Of a stretch of DNA of 64,000 nt, positions 1 through 13,200 are shown in pieces (within the stretch, counting starts at the first letter, position 1; each line of letters begins with the position of its first letter). The notes below the pieces were generated by a model that worked only from the letters and a program-made list of their open reading frames with translations, searched no databases and was not told the origin of the DNA. The stretch is from Lingula anatina (taxonomy: Eukaryota; Animalia; Brachiopoda): the NCBI GenBank assembly GCA_051362555.1, contig CM120641.1, forward strand, positions 27,534,401 through 27,598,400, in the 5' to 3' direction. The translations under genes were made by a program, and so were the position numbers.

Positions 1-114
1 TATCAAGATTTGAAAGGTCGCCATTGATAATCAACAATTTTGCGACTGACATCTACAGTGAAACATTTATTCATTCCACGTTTTTGTTTTTTTTTTTCAC
101 ATCTACTCGAATGA

Positions 115-3100
115 TTATTGATCAAAGGCGGGATTGGATGTACCGTTGCCATGGAGAGTTTTTGCCTTAGAATCGGTGTCGTAGATTGTCCCCGCGCGGT
201 CTTCTGCACGTGCAGGTCCCCAGTCAGCTTGCGGTGATCCAGCTCTCTTCAAGGCATAAAAAATCATACGCACACATTATGTAACTATGGCATATTTACA
301 GGTATCCATGGAAATACTATTATCAGTCTGATTCAGTTTGCACATTTGAATATTTGACCTAGTATAAATCAAAACAGCACTTGCAAATGTACTACTTTAC
401 CTAATAATTCTATTGAATAGCAGATGACTGAGATAAAGAAGGACGGTTTGCCAGCCTTACAGTGCCCTTTTTAAAAACCCATTTTATTTTCCTATGCAAT
501 GTTAGGTGTAGAAACTTAGGTGCAAAACAAGGCTATGGTGAAAACTTAAGAAACTTGTTAGATGTAAAAAATGGGGCGATATACAATCTACTTAATGCGA
601 CAACATCGTCTTAATCTAATATATACCAGCGGTTTCACTGGAAATTCAATGCATTTTCACATAAGTGCAAACAAGGAAGTGCTGCTTTAATATTAATCGC
701 TACCAACCTGGAAGCCGCCGTCGTAGCAGTATCTTCCCAGGATCCAGGCAGGGATGAGGGCGACGGGGGTCAACTGAATCATCCACCCCAGGACCTGAGC
801 CCACACAGGGAATGTATAGCCATGATACACGTATGGCTTCAGCTGAATGAATTTGAATACTATGACAGCCTGCAAAATACGTACTTGAAATTATAGGTAA
901 GACAAACTTACTTCACGAAAATAGTGAAATTCAATTTCCGATTTACCGTCTTAGCAATATTCGAAACTTGAATAATATCTTACTATGCATTTACATTTCA
1001 CATTTAACGGTCGAGGTTTATCCTAATGGTCACTTACCAACATAAGAAGCGGAGATAAACAACACCAAGTGATCCGAAAGTAGATACCAGGCTTCTTGCC
1101 AAGCATTATTTTCACGTCCTCAGAAAACCTGGACCATCCTAGAGTGAAAACAAAATAAGACGTGATGAAAAGTGATAACATAATTCAATTTAAAACATTG
1201 CCATGAGCCTACAAATTTGCTTTGTGATTTTAACGCCAATTCTTCCCGATATGTGTCACTAGACGTGTTTCTCCTGTATTAATCAGATAATTTCTGGATT
1301 CCGTAAAACAACACGGGTCATCAAGCTATCGGTGCGACTGACCAAACCCTTCTGACAATATTTTTATTTATTTTTATATCCTATAAAAAAGATGGAGCGC
1401 ATGAAAATATGTGATTCCTATAGTAAGAGATATCGATTACCTTTAACCTTGAAAAACAGCAGATTTTCGAGTAAAGCAAGAACAAATTACCCCTTACTTA
1501 CCATAGACCCACTGTAGAACTATGCATTCAAATAAGCTAACAAACAGCAACGGAAACCCTCCAACACTGTGATCCATTAGGTCTAATAGATAGTGGCCAC
1601 CCTGAAATTTGTGAAATGTGAAAAGATGTCCTTTGGTATTTCTTTAAGTTATGCATTTGGTCGGGTTTTGTGGCAAAAACTTGCCTTCAAATGCATCTTT
1701 AAGAATATTTACATTGGAATGCCAATCATTGTTACCAAACAACGTGTCAATACATATAACAAAAACAGATAAAGATCAGAGATTGTTTTTTTTTCTTAAA
1801 TACGTATATGAACCGAAAGAGATCTTACAAGAAATCTTACCCTTGCACACATCGGCAGGCCAAGCAGAAAACACACTCCACACACGACGCCCCTCATGAT
1901 GGTTTCACTCCATTTACTAACACGTAGAATATGTGGATATTCGTCCATTATACTGCTCAAAACGGTCTCTGCCATGGAAAACTGTGCACTGAATCCTAGT
2001 AACAGCATCATGGAGAAGAACAGAATGGCCCACAGTGTCGGTAACGGCATCTGGGATATGGCCTCTGGGTACACGATGAAAGCAAGACCAGGGCCTGAAA
2101 TAACCAAAGCTCTGTGTTATCTTATGTGTTTACTCGTATGTGAGAATGCCACAAGTCACTGAATGGGAAACTTTTATATTTTTTCTTATCTGAAAAGGGT
2201 ATTTTTACATTACCACCAACGACACGGAAACATTCATCACTATCATTAGTATCTTATTTTATCATTTATGCGCTCGCGCCATATCGTTCATGCATTTTGC
2301 TCTTGTGTCATCGTTTTCAAGTACAGACCATCTTAGTGTTACGAAAACCTCCTGAACTTGATATACAAATACACATACCTTGACTAGCAACATCAGCCAC
2401 ATCTTTTCCAGATATATGCGCCATGTAGCCAAGCACGGAGAAGATGACCAACCCAGCATAAACGCTAGTCCCGCAGTTCATAAGGGAACAAATTAGTGCG
2501 CCCCTAAGAAAAATATAACGTGTTTGTATTGTATTTCGTCGGTTGAACAAGTATAGCATTAGGTTTCACAGACAATCTTGAAATAATACTGTACCAGCTT
2601 GGGACGACAAACGTACACCACCCCGTTTTAAATGTCATGATGTCTATATTTAATGTATACCCAATTTCTCTTTACCTTTGTTTCAAAATAAGCTTTAAAA
2701 CACAAAAACAGACATTTATCAATTGAGAACATATTTTGAAAACAGATGAATACAACAAATGGTATTTATAAAGAATTTAAAAACCCTCAAAGACTGAACA
2801 AGTATTTGGCATTTTTGTGCATAACGCGTGTTATATGACTGTAGGCCAGACACGTGAGCATTCATGTACCAAATTTCGAGCAATTAGGGTTTTTTACTTT
2901 CTTCAGAACACAAATATAATCTAAATTATCCGAACATCTCGTCTCAATGTTTACCAGTATATAATGTTGAAATAGCGCATTAATAAACTGAGATGAAATC
3001 CAACAAAACCATATTAAGCCTATTAGAGCAGAGTATAAATAATCATTCGTAACAGTTTTTGTTTAACAGCCCAGTTTACCTGAAGCAGTTGTTGTGGAAT

Positions 3101-6100
3101 TTGTTGTAGCTTGACATCGCTATCAGGCCCCCAAAAGACACGCTGAGTGAATAAAAATTCTGAACGACTGCGTCACTCCACACCTGATAGATAAAAAACG
3201 GTAAAAACAGTTAACTAAGGTAATCGATTAACCGAATTAATTTTGCAGTATACTTATGTAGTCGGCATTAAGGGGGGGGGGGTTCGATACGTTGTAGAGG
3301 CCCACATTTGGCAAAATATCTTTTATGTCTCCTCCATCTCAGTGTACCACAAACTTTTATAGTCTCATTCATAGCAAGAAAGAAGGCAACAAGGAATATT
3401 GTTTGTTTGTGATTTGGCCAAACCAGGCCGCTTTTATTTTTCTTGTTTCTTTCATGTTAATATAAGTGAAATAAAGATAAAAATATTTAAGTGTAAAAAA
3501 CCTTTTTGTTTTATTCACCAACCAATGTGCATCTGCAAAAACGCGTTAATTGTCAATTTAGTTGCTTTGTCCCTATGTGTGAGATAGTGATCAGATCCCA
3601 GCGAAACTCTATAACTATAAACTAGAAGGATATTATTATAAAATATGCCATATCCTTTACTAAGATATATACAGATTTATATAAAGCAACTTCTGCTTGT
3701 AGTATCACTTTCCGAACTGGTTTGACGGATAAAAGAAGGGAAGCTATACACTGACCTTAGAGTCTAGAAGTCGACTAAAATCAGGTGTCAGATAATACTT
3801 AAGGGGTCTAGGATATTAAAAATACGTCTAAAACTCGATTTTTAGTTTTTTATACGTTAGAAATAATCAATTTTGTATCTAATACTCAATTAAGTTATAT
3901 TTGTGAAACACGGACTAAAAATATACATTTGGACGAGTTTTTCTACCTGTCCTGACTGGTACGGGTGGCAGGCTTTAGGCTCCGCCTCCGTTGTCAAGCA
4001 CCGTTACTATGGGGGGCGGGGCAAGAATGGTTGTCTAACTTCTTAAGCTGTTACGCGTGCCCTGGCAGCTCATAGGTCTTACGTCAGCTAAGCAGAACAC
4101 AGTTATATACAGTCATGGGAAGAAAGAAAGTCGTGAGAAAACGGATGAGCGAGGAAAACAAGAGAATTTTGAAAGAGAGTGTACGATATATTAAATTTTC
4201 TACTATAGAGTCTAAATCACGTCTAGGTAAAGACTCGAGATCACACTTGAACTGCTGAGTATTCGTACAACGTCTGGGGTTGTCAGAAAAAAATCGTTAG
4301 GCAATCATTTTATGCACAATAAAGATTGTAATAGCAAGCAAGTTTTTAAGTAATATTGCCACCCAAAACATTTTCAAATTCGCATATTACGGTCTTGGCA
4401 CTCTGTGGCATCATGGCATATGCGTACCCACATTCGGCCATTTCTCGGAGTAAATCTTGCTTTGCTTTCTCAATTTTCGTGTCTTGGTGTGTAGAGCGGC
4501 GTCCACGCACGACGGGTGGCAAATTTCCTCTGCTGGCACGCCAAGTAATCCTCTTTTTGTTTGTAAGCGCTTCCTTAGACACTTCCTAGACAGTGCACAG
4601 ACTCCTACTGCGTCAGGCACAATTATGATTAATTACGTCAGTGAAACGAGAGAAGGTAGACCTACTCAGCTGTCAATCATTTCTCAGGGAAGAGCGGCTT
4701 TCGTGGTACGAATAAGTTTGCGTACAAAAGTAAGATTTTCTGGCATCTAGATAGAAACAAACAACCCAATTTTAACACGTAATGGTGTATAGACCTTCCC
4801 GATCAACAAGATGATAACAGGTAAGGTGGAGGTGCAATTATTTTGCTTAAATAGCCCAATTACCTGAGCAAAATGGTTTAGGAGCGATTTCTCAGCTTTG
4901 AAGATTGATAACATAGTCTAAACTTCAATACCCATATCTCATTCTGTAACCGTCAGATTGACATGAAATTTGATGTGTCTCTGTTTCAGTATAATATCTA
5001 GTCGACTGAGTCTTGGTTTTTGGATTGACCTTTTATTTTTGAAGTTATTAATACTGAAATTGGAAGGTCCATATATATTTCGTAAAATTCACGTTTTATC
5101 AAAATAAAATCAAAAGCAAAAATAAAAAGAGAAAATCCTGACAGAGATCACTGGAGTTTGTGCTAACTTTTAGATAGCTATTTCAATCGTATTAATAGGG
5201 CTTTTTGTTTAAGAGAAATTCTTGATTAAAAAAAAGACAATTTTAGCCTCAAAACGCTGATATTACGTCACTCGTGTTACACTGTGACTACAAACTTTGA
5301 AAAATTGTTTGGCTTGCTAGACATTATCTTTAAGTTAATAGGAAATTTCATTAGCTGCATTAGTTTTGGAGTTTTTCGTTAATATCCAAGATCCCTTAAT
5401 GCCTTCTGCGGATCCTTCCAGTAAAACACCACGTACAAGGAGAATGGCCAAGATGACATGAGGGAAAATGGCAGTAAAATAAACAGCCTGTAAAGTATAA
5501 ATATATTAAGTGTATCTTTGTTTTTGGTAACTTAAAAAATGTGAACGGTCTGACTTTAACATGTACTGTACCTACTGTGCGTTCATTTGTCTTGAAGGAC
5601 ACTTAACTACACTAAAATACTTTAATTAGCCCCAACTGCAGGGTAGGCACATACCAATTAAGTTTGGACTAATCTAATAGAAAATGGGTATATATAATAA
5701 ACAAAAGAAAATGACAAAATATGATCTCAAAAATGGAAGTATTTTAAAACCAAGATTAAGTAGAAATGCCTGGAAAAAGAGGAGGTACATGATGTATACA
5801 TGTACAACTTGTTTCTATTATGTTTTACTAATAAGTGCTTGGTCACAAAAAAAAATTTGGAACCGCTTCTGCACCACGTGACACAAACTAAAAAAATAGA
5901 TCGACAGAAAGTTGGAAGGACATGCGTTTATTTGCTGCCATTTTGCTCACCTTCCCCAGGGACTTTATTCCCTTAATCAAGACCAGGAACACGATCAACC
6001 AGGCCAGCAGAAGGCACAGGGAAAGGTCCCATTTGAGACCCCCTGAATTGTCTATCCCATCAGTCATCTCCAGGACTTTACGGCTATACAAATAAAAATG

Positions 6101-6617
6101 AAGTGCACGCAGTCAAATAATCTAAAGTTTTTTAATTAGTGTCTATTTATATTTTAATATAAAAATATAAAAATATTCTAAATCTTACGTTTCTTACGAT
6201 ATATATATTCGATTAAAAACTTTTTTGCGCCAAGAACAGCAATAGGCAGACTTTTCGGAAAGCACTCATCAATCTTCATGGTATTATTATCTTACTAGAA
6301 ATACTCCTCGCTTGGTGAAGTGGCGATGACCTCGGTAGTATCGGTAGTATTCAGAAGCGTTGTTCTACTGGTGAAGTTGGTGGCGTTTGTTTGCGTACCT
6401 TCGCCAACTTTGAAACAAATGATAAACAAATTTACATTTACACGGCTCTTGTACATAAACTGTTAACAGCACAATCGTGCTTTAAATTAAACGGATTACC
6501 CAAATAAACATGTATTCGATCATATAAAACTAAAGCAGTGAGACTTACTATAACGTGAAAAAATTACCGACTATGGTGTTTTATATGGATGCAAAATGGT
6601 AGAAATATTGCATCCGC

Positions 6618-6649
<32 letters not shown>

Positions 6650-8599
6650 CAGCCACGATACAGTATTCATTTGCTTACCTACTAAACATGCATCCGTATT
6701 CCAAGTATTCCCACAAGCAGACCACGGCAAATTAGCCGTCATTGAGGCGAAGAGGTAGTGAAGGATGTAGGCAATTATAACATTGTAGTAAATACCGATG
6801 AACAAAGAAATCATCATCATCCCATAGCCAATACCTAAATGTAAGGCATAAAAGATGGAAAATTAAGTAATTAAGTATTGTTAGTGTGAACCAAATAACA
6901 TATATATATATTGGTCAACTGTGAGGAGCAACCATAGCAAAAATAAGGAAAATCCGATTCCCAAAAGAGGAATGTGTTTGAGTTTTTTTAACATAATCTT
7001 TAAATTGTTCATTTAAAGTAGACAAAGAGTTCGCTTTAAAAAATAAATGAGGGAATCATGCACAGTCTTACCTTTGAACAAGGGGCTAATTTTCCAAATA
7101 GTGATAGGCCCAAGACTGGCAAACTGGCCAAAACATAATTCCATGAAGAACAATGGAAGGCCAACCAAGAACGAACTGACGCAGTATGGTATCAAAAACG
7201 CGCCTAAAAGCAAACGGTTTGTTATTAGTCAAGAGTATAAACAGGTCTTTTTAATCATAGACTGGTTAACGAAATTTTAGCAAAAGTAACATCGCCTAAT
7301 GCATTCCTGACTCTTACACATGTACAAATGTTTTGGGGATTGAGGTAGTAGAGATTTTAGCCCCGATGACACTTACCTCCACCGTTCCTGTAACATAGAT
7401 ACGGAAAGCGCCATACTGATCCCAGACCAACAGCACAGCCGACACATGTTATAATGAATTCCAACCGGCCTCCCCAGGTGCGACGCTTGTTGTCTTCCAA
7501 GGAATCTATCTTTGAGTCCAACCGACCCATTTCTACGCAAGGGTCGGCTTTCACGGAAATAGGGTTTACCTTCAAACAATAAACGGATAAGAAGTGAAGA
7601 CTTTCAAGTAAATAGATACGAGATATGTTTTTCAATAATCGTATATAAGATTGTTCCTTTATTTAAAATGTACAAAAAGAAAAAAGTGATTTATGCGTCT
7701 AAAAAATAAGTACAGATATTGAATGGATGAAACTGAGAAAGTAACACGGGACCAGTATAAATATGCAACCTTCTAAATGAAGAATGTTCTCCGAATATTC
7801 TTTATGAAAGTAAAATAAATGAAAAATCAATGCCATGGACACAACAGTGTTTTGATCACGATGAAAATAATAATGACAGGTCTTTAAAACGAAATAGTCA
7901 TTAGTGATCACGAGCTTCGGATGGTAGCAAACGCCGAATTAACGACACAACCCCGCGATTTTGTGGCACGAACGCAAAATATTTGGTCGCGAGCACCACG
8001 ATGATAATTTCAACTGAATCAAAATGTTTCTTAACTGTACATGCGTTAAGGTGGTTAATAGACTTTTTAGACTTGCAAGATAATAACAATACGAACGTTC
8101 CCGTTAAATTAAAAAAAACTGCAAGACGATTGCAACGTTTTTGGTTAAATCAAGTCCCACATTTGTATCAGCCTACATGCAGTTACGTTCGGATATCAAT
8201 AAAAAACACACGCCGATATTCCAGTAAACATCAGGTGACTATGAATTTATATTTGTTACTTTTCAACCTGTAATTTCAATGACGCTACTTCAGTTTCACG
8301 TAAACGGCATTTTCTTCTTTATTATGAGTAAGTGGTAAGTGATGCGGGGTTGAACTTATCAAACACCACGCTCAATGAAAATCAAATGATTTTTTCCAAC
8401 GTGAACGCCAAAATGACATAAAATGACACAAAATTTTGAAATGCATTTGTAAAGAATAATTTTTAAAGTATCAGCTAGCAAAAGGATAAAACTAAAAGAT
8501 AAATATAAGTCATATCTATATATCATTTTCTGTTACGTGAAATGTATATTTTACAATAAGAAAGAAAGAAAGAAAATAACTTACTATTTCTTCCTGCAT
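115..8599 (-). pseudogene. SLC6 amino-acid-transporter-like copy 1, probably disrupted (~620 aa if repaired)
   Basis: Exons in transcript order: 8585-8599 (MQEEI), 7377-7569, 7072-7203, 6679-6834, 6296-6407, 5951-6083, exon 7 split into 5396-5487 + 3756-3798, 3080-3183, 2379-2503, 1841-2094, 1502-1601, 1038-1138, 708-869, 115-255. SLC6 motifs [25 protein letters not shown] and SYNKFHNNC are present. Lesions: 1.6 kb insertion in exon 7, last acceptor AT instead of AG (256-257), and a stop 4 codons earlier than in the paralogues. Confidence 0.88.
3803..5395. mobile_element. Non-autonomous TTAA-targeting DNA transposon (Kolobok-like) inserted in exon 7 of copy 1
   Basis: TTAA duplicated at 3799-3802 and 5396-5399. 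Termini GGGGTCTAGGATATTAA and revcomp GGGATCTTGGATATTAA match at 15/17. Purine-purine 5' ends with a TTAA TSD are the Kolobok signature (piggyBac starts with pyrimidines). Removing the element plus one TTAA restores the 135-nt exon seen in copies 2-4. Confidence 0.85.
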
Positions 8600-8669
8600 T
8601 TCTTGTAGACTATTGTACTTTATCTTGTCACCTTTTTCGTGCGTTGTGAAAAATTAATGCTTTCCTGGG

Positions 8670-8677
8670 TATTTATA
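8670..8677 (-). promoter_or_regulatory. TATA box of copy 1
   Basis: TATAAATA ~70 nt upstream of the exon-1 ATG; the GAGTATAAATAC context is conserved in copies 2 and 3. Confidence 0.7.
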
Positions 8678-9439
8678 CTCGTCAAATACTTCGCACTTGG
8701 TTGGTTGTATAAGGCTTGTTTTTCTAGTTGTTCAGAAAAATCTTATCTAAGACCTTGTACGGTTGGCCGCTTGGTTAAAAACATCCCCAAGTGTTAGGAA
8801 ATCAGATGGAGTGTTTGTGTTTTGAACCCGTAGTAGATCGTCACGGATAAATCACTACAACGCAGTGCATTTCATATTTCACACATCCCTAATTTCCTGT
8901 GATTTTTTCCAAGCAGAATGCATTTAAACATTAATTTAAAAAAGACTTATTAAATCACTCTTTGCATTTTTAATATTTTGGTCATATAATTGGAAAACTT
9001 CAGTGGATTCCGCTGTAAGTTTTGGCGTATCTGTTTCACGGTATTACCCGAAATTTTGAAATTTAATCACGCACTACGACGTGCACACGAAAGCAATAGA
9101 ATGTTGTTGCATTGTGGGTTCTTTAACTCAAAATAGCATTGCGAAGCATTAAGTAAGTTGGCGATAAAAGTTGCGAAAGAAGTTCTTAAAAAATTGAAAG
9201 GAAAAAGGTATAAGTGTAAGATATTAGAACATTGGCTCGCGCAAAATAGTGTTAAAAGAACTTTGACAGGGTTCGTTAGGGATTTTTTACTTGTCCGTTA
9301 GGGATCTTTTACTTTTTTACTTACATAATGCGGATATTATCAATTTTCGTGATATGTGCAACAAAAATATGTCTGGGCGAATGTGCTTATTCGAGCTGTT
9401 AACATAAATTAAAAATTAAAAAGGCACTCATGTTTCCAC

Positions 9440-9900
9440 TGATTTTTAAACATTCACCGTCTCGCTGTCAACGAGCCAGTGCAGATCAGTGCAGACAGGT
9501 CGACTTTTCTCCTACTCGGGGAAATAACTTACATGCAAAACGGTGTTGACATGACGAAAAACAAGTTAGAGCTAAAGCACATGTTGAGCACGTATTATAT
9601 ACAAATTAAAGTGCTTAATCGGTTGATCATCTCCGGCCTCAAACACGTTGAAGTCAACATGTATAATCTCGGACGAATAAAAACTTCTATTCGTCGAGGT
9701 TATTATGATAATACTCTTGCCTTGCAGAAGGATGGTACAATGAGGTTTAGGCGCTGACATCAGCCTTGTCGAGGCACAAGTAGCCAACCGAATAAAATTT
9801 TCGCATTAGTTACAAGACGAGTGAGTAGATTGAAAGGAAATTTTTATAAAGGAAAGAGCATTCAATCAAAACAACTACAACTCACAAAATAAGAAGGTGT
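9440..9900. repeat. Dispersed repeat, unclassified (inverted copy ~18330-18800; partial copies ~9915-9960, ~10420-10740, ~35200-35340)
   Basis: Shared blocks such as CATGCAAAACGGTGTTGACATGACGAAAAACAAGTTAGAGCTAAA and TTTAGGCGCTGACATCAG...AGTAGCCAACCG. Confidence 0.7.
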
Positions 9901-10020
9901 TTACGATTAGTCGTCCAGGGCCGTCAACCGGGAAATACCGAACATGCAAAACGGCGTTGATAATTAATTATTATTATTACTACACATGTAAGAAGAGGAA
10001 GAAGAAATAATGATAAAATA

Positions 10021-10285
10021 TTTATTTATATATTTATTTATTTATTTAAAGTCTACAATCCATAAAAAGTACATGTATGGTTTGTAGACCTTACAAATAA
10101 AATCTTAATTTAAGAAGATGTCCAAGTAAAATATTTTGTAAAGAATATTTTGTTCAATCATAATTTTAAACAAAAGATAAGTTTTCCGTTCTTATAAAAA
10201 ATTATCTGTTGATCTTATATTTCTCAGCTCTGATGGTAACTGATTCCATTCGTTTTTGTCTCCAAATGTTTTAAGTCTTGCACAC
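10021..10285 (-). mobile_element. 3' fragment of L2/CR1-type LINE
   Basis: Minus strand encodes RLKTFGDK..WNQLPSELRNIRS, similar to 17870-17965, followed by an (AAAT)n-like tail. Confidence 0.65.
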
Positions 10286-13200
10286 TGAGGTTTTGATAAT
10301 GATTGGTTCTTATATCTTAACGTGCGATTCGTTGTGTACAGGGTGCATAAAAAGCAGCAAGGGTGTATATCAAAAGTTTCAATAAAATCCGTGCATTGAC
10401 ATAAGACGCAAAACAACCTAGAGCTACATATAATGGATACGCACGTGTTAATGATGGTCTCATCTACAAACTGTTTACTAGGTCGTTGACCTCTTACCCC
10501 AAACACCATATTTATGTCGTGCCACAAAAAGCAGCAGGTTGGTACAATAAGCTTTAGGCGCCGATATCCGGCTTGTTATAGCACAAGTAGCCAACCGCCT
10601 AAAATTTACGCAACAGCTACAAGACGAGCGCGCAGGCTGAAAGGGACGTTTTATAAATAATATAATACATCCAAAACAAGTCGAACTTTTATTGGATAAT
10701 GTTTGTACAAAACAAGAACCCACAAAACAACTTGTTGTAAACATCAAGTAAGTGGTTCCTAGTACAAGTACGGATTAGGCAACATTTTAACAGAAACTCG
10801 GAAATGCAGCCTTGATTACGCTCTGTTCTGCTGTTATACATCGACGTCTCCCCGCATTTCTTTGTGAACCGAAACATTTAGTACAACACTACCGACTGGC
10901 GCGGGCGCACTTGGAAAAAGCCAAAACGTTATCTTATAAGTTAGCGAAAATGACGTAACGGCGTTATGATTTTTGTGCACAAACACACAAACATGCAGTA
11001 ACAAGACAGTAGTACCCATGCGCTCATGACTTTGCAAAATACTACTGCTTTGTAAAAACGTGGAATGTTAACTTATTTTTTTTTCAATATTAATACTGTA
11101 AATCAACGGAAGAGAATAAGCTGTTTTTTCTTCGTTTTGATCAGTTTGCACTTTTTAAAATGAACGGTACTTTGTTATTTAGTGGAAGAAACTGACTTGT
11201 AGCATAACAGATTCTAGTATCTTCGTTTTATAAACTGACAACGTTCCATATTATTATCATCAGTTGTATACTTAAAATTTTGTTATATGAATTAATAGTC
11301 AAATCCATAACAATTAACCAACACCAAGTGCATTGAACAGAATGATATTATTCGCATTCTATTTCGGGGTCGCCTATATAATTTTTATTTGTATTATATT
11401 AGACGGGTTGCAGCGTCTGTATGTAGACCGTGCACACTACAAACCCTTTCTAGACATATTTCTATATTTTTTTAATCCAGATTATGAATCTACTGCAAAT
11501 CTCAATAATCTAAAACAATGAACTTATTTTCACAAAATCCAAGGTCTCCACCAAAGGAGGGAAGGATACTGGGGGTGGGGTTAGGTGCACCTAAAACCAT
11601 TTCCATCTGACTAAAATTTTCTTTTATCAAGTCAACATACCGCGTGCTAACTGGCATGGTTAGCTGTGCCCCACGGCGATATTACTACAATAAGATGAGG
11701 ATTAAACATGCACTGACCAACGCAAAATAGGAACTTGTAAGTATGGCGACCACATGGGTATCTTTTTCACCTCACTGATACTCAGCTTGAGGTAAAAATG
11801 TGGTCAACTGCATCCCGTGACGATTTGATTACAGTAAAGCAGGTGATTAAATTTAAAAGCGTTGGCAAAGTTAACCAGAGCGCGCTTCAACGGTGGCTTA
11901 ATAAACAAGCTGTATACCTCAATCTTCAATTTTTCGACTTTTTTTATTCATTTTTAAAGAACGACTGCCGTGGTTTCAAAGAACTGTCTTTTGCATCTTT
12001 CTGACAAGTATTCCATGATGGCGGACCGCAGAGGGGAGGGGGAGGGGGGGCGTGGAGAGAGCAAGAGGGTTCGAACTAACAGACGAAACGATCCAAATAT
12101 ATGGGAATTATTTTCTACAAGAAAAAATTGATAGTGCTGTTGGGTCAAGGGAGTACTGGGACGTCTTGTACTCAACCTGGCAAGAAAATTAACGGAATTC
12201 GTTTGAAAAGCGAAAATTGAGAACAGACTATTTAAAAAATTGACACCTATTCCCAACTGAAGTTTTCAAAGAAAGAATAGATTTTGAGGTTTAAAAACAG
12301 TAACTTGAAATGTTATATATTTTATAAGCTTTTTTGATACGCGAATTGCAGTATTGTAGTGTGAACGCAAAAAAAGGTCAACCACACATGAAAAATGCGA
12401 AAAAAGTCTTTCACCCCTGCACATATACTGTATGCTTATTTGAGGATACGCAAGGCGATGAGGGAAGACATTATTCCCTTTCACCCCGCCCTAGGATCAT
12501 CCATTGCATTACACCATGATAATAAGCCAGCGATTGTAAAGTTTAATCGGACATGCAGCTTTGAATGAGGTGCCGACTTGCGTGATGACATGAAAATAAC
12601 TTGTTTTGGGAAGGTCTGGTACACAACATCAAACACATTCAAAAGACGTACGTGGCACCTAAGCACGTTCGTCACAGCTTCATTTTCATCAAAACCGGGT
12701 GTCATTACTTTACGGTTAGCAGGACAAACGTAAGAGGTTGTGTAGCTGAGAACCTCCAAAAATTGACCTTTTTACCACAGATTAATTGTGTGCACTATTT
12801 TGTACCCTCTGATAGCAGGGGCTTCTAAAATAGAATTCAAGTATCGGCTATACAATAATTTTGTAACACCCTGTGGTCAGAGAGTAATTTTTCTGCAAGT
12901 TACAGCTAGACTTAGCGCTTTAGTGCCCGTTACTTAATCTGTCTGGGTCAGCTTTCACCAAGGCTAGATAAAAAATGGCCGCTATCCTCTGGATAGCTTA
13001 TCAAGAGCATAGCAGTGTGACATCAACAGTGGATAGCGTTATCCAGAGGATAGCATTGTAATGCTAATTGTGTGCAAATTTGGTTATACTTTTTTTTCAT
13101 TATGGGACCATGCGATATTTTGTGTCAACGGAAATTATGGAGCCATCCTCCCTGACCTATACCACTTTCAACCTTTGCCATGTTCTTTGATTGGAACAAC

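Noticed and set aside
1896-2162. Recurrent [20 protein letters not shown] (also at 26826 and 42235)
   Set aside because: Antisense shadow of SLC6 exon 10, repeated only because the exon is duplicated.
3803-5395. piggyBac assignment based on the TTAA TSD
   Set aside because: The termini are GGG...CCC (purine start), not the CCC/CCY...GGG typical of piggyBac.
3799-5399. The inserted element could be spliced out as a new intron (TTAAG|TAT at the distal TSD resembles an in-frame acceptor)
   Set aside because: There is no GT donor at the proximal end (it starts GG) and none before the in-frame stop at 5335; using the acceptor alone would delete TM5.
9479-9787. Similar ORFs at 9479/9572, 18451/18498 and 35261
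   Set aside because: Translations of a dispersed repeat with frames not conserved between copies.
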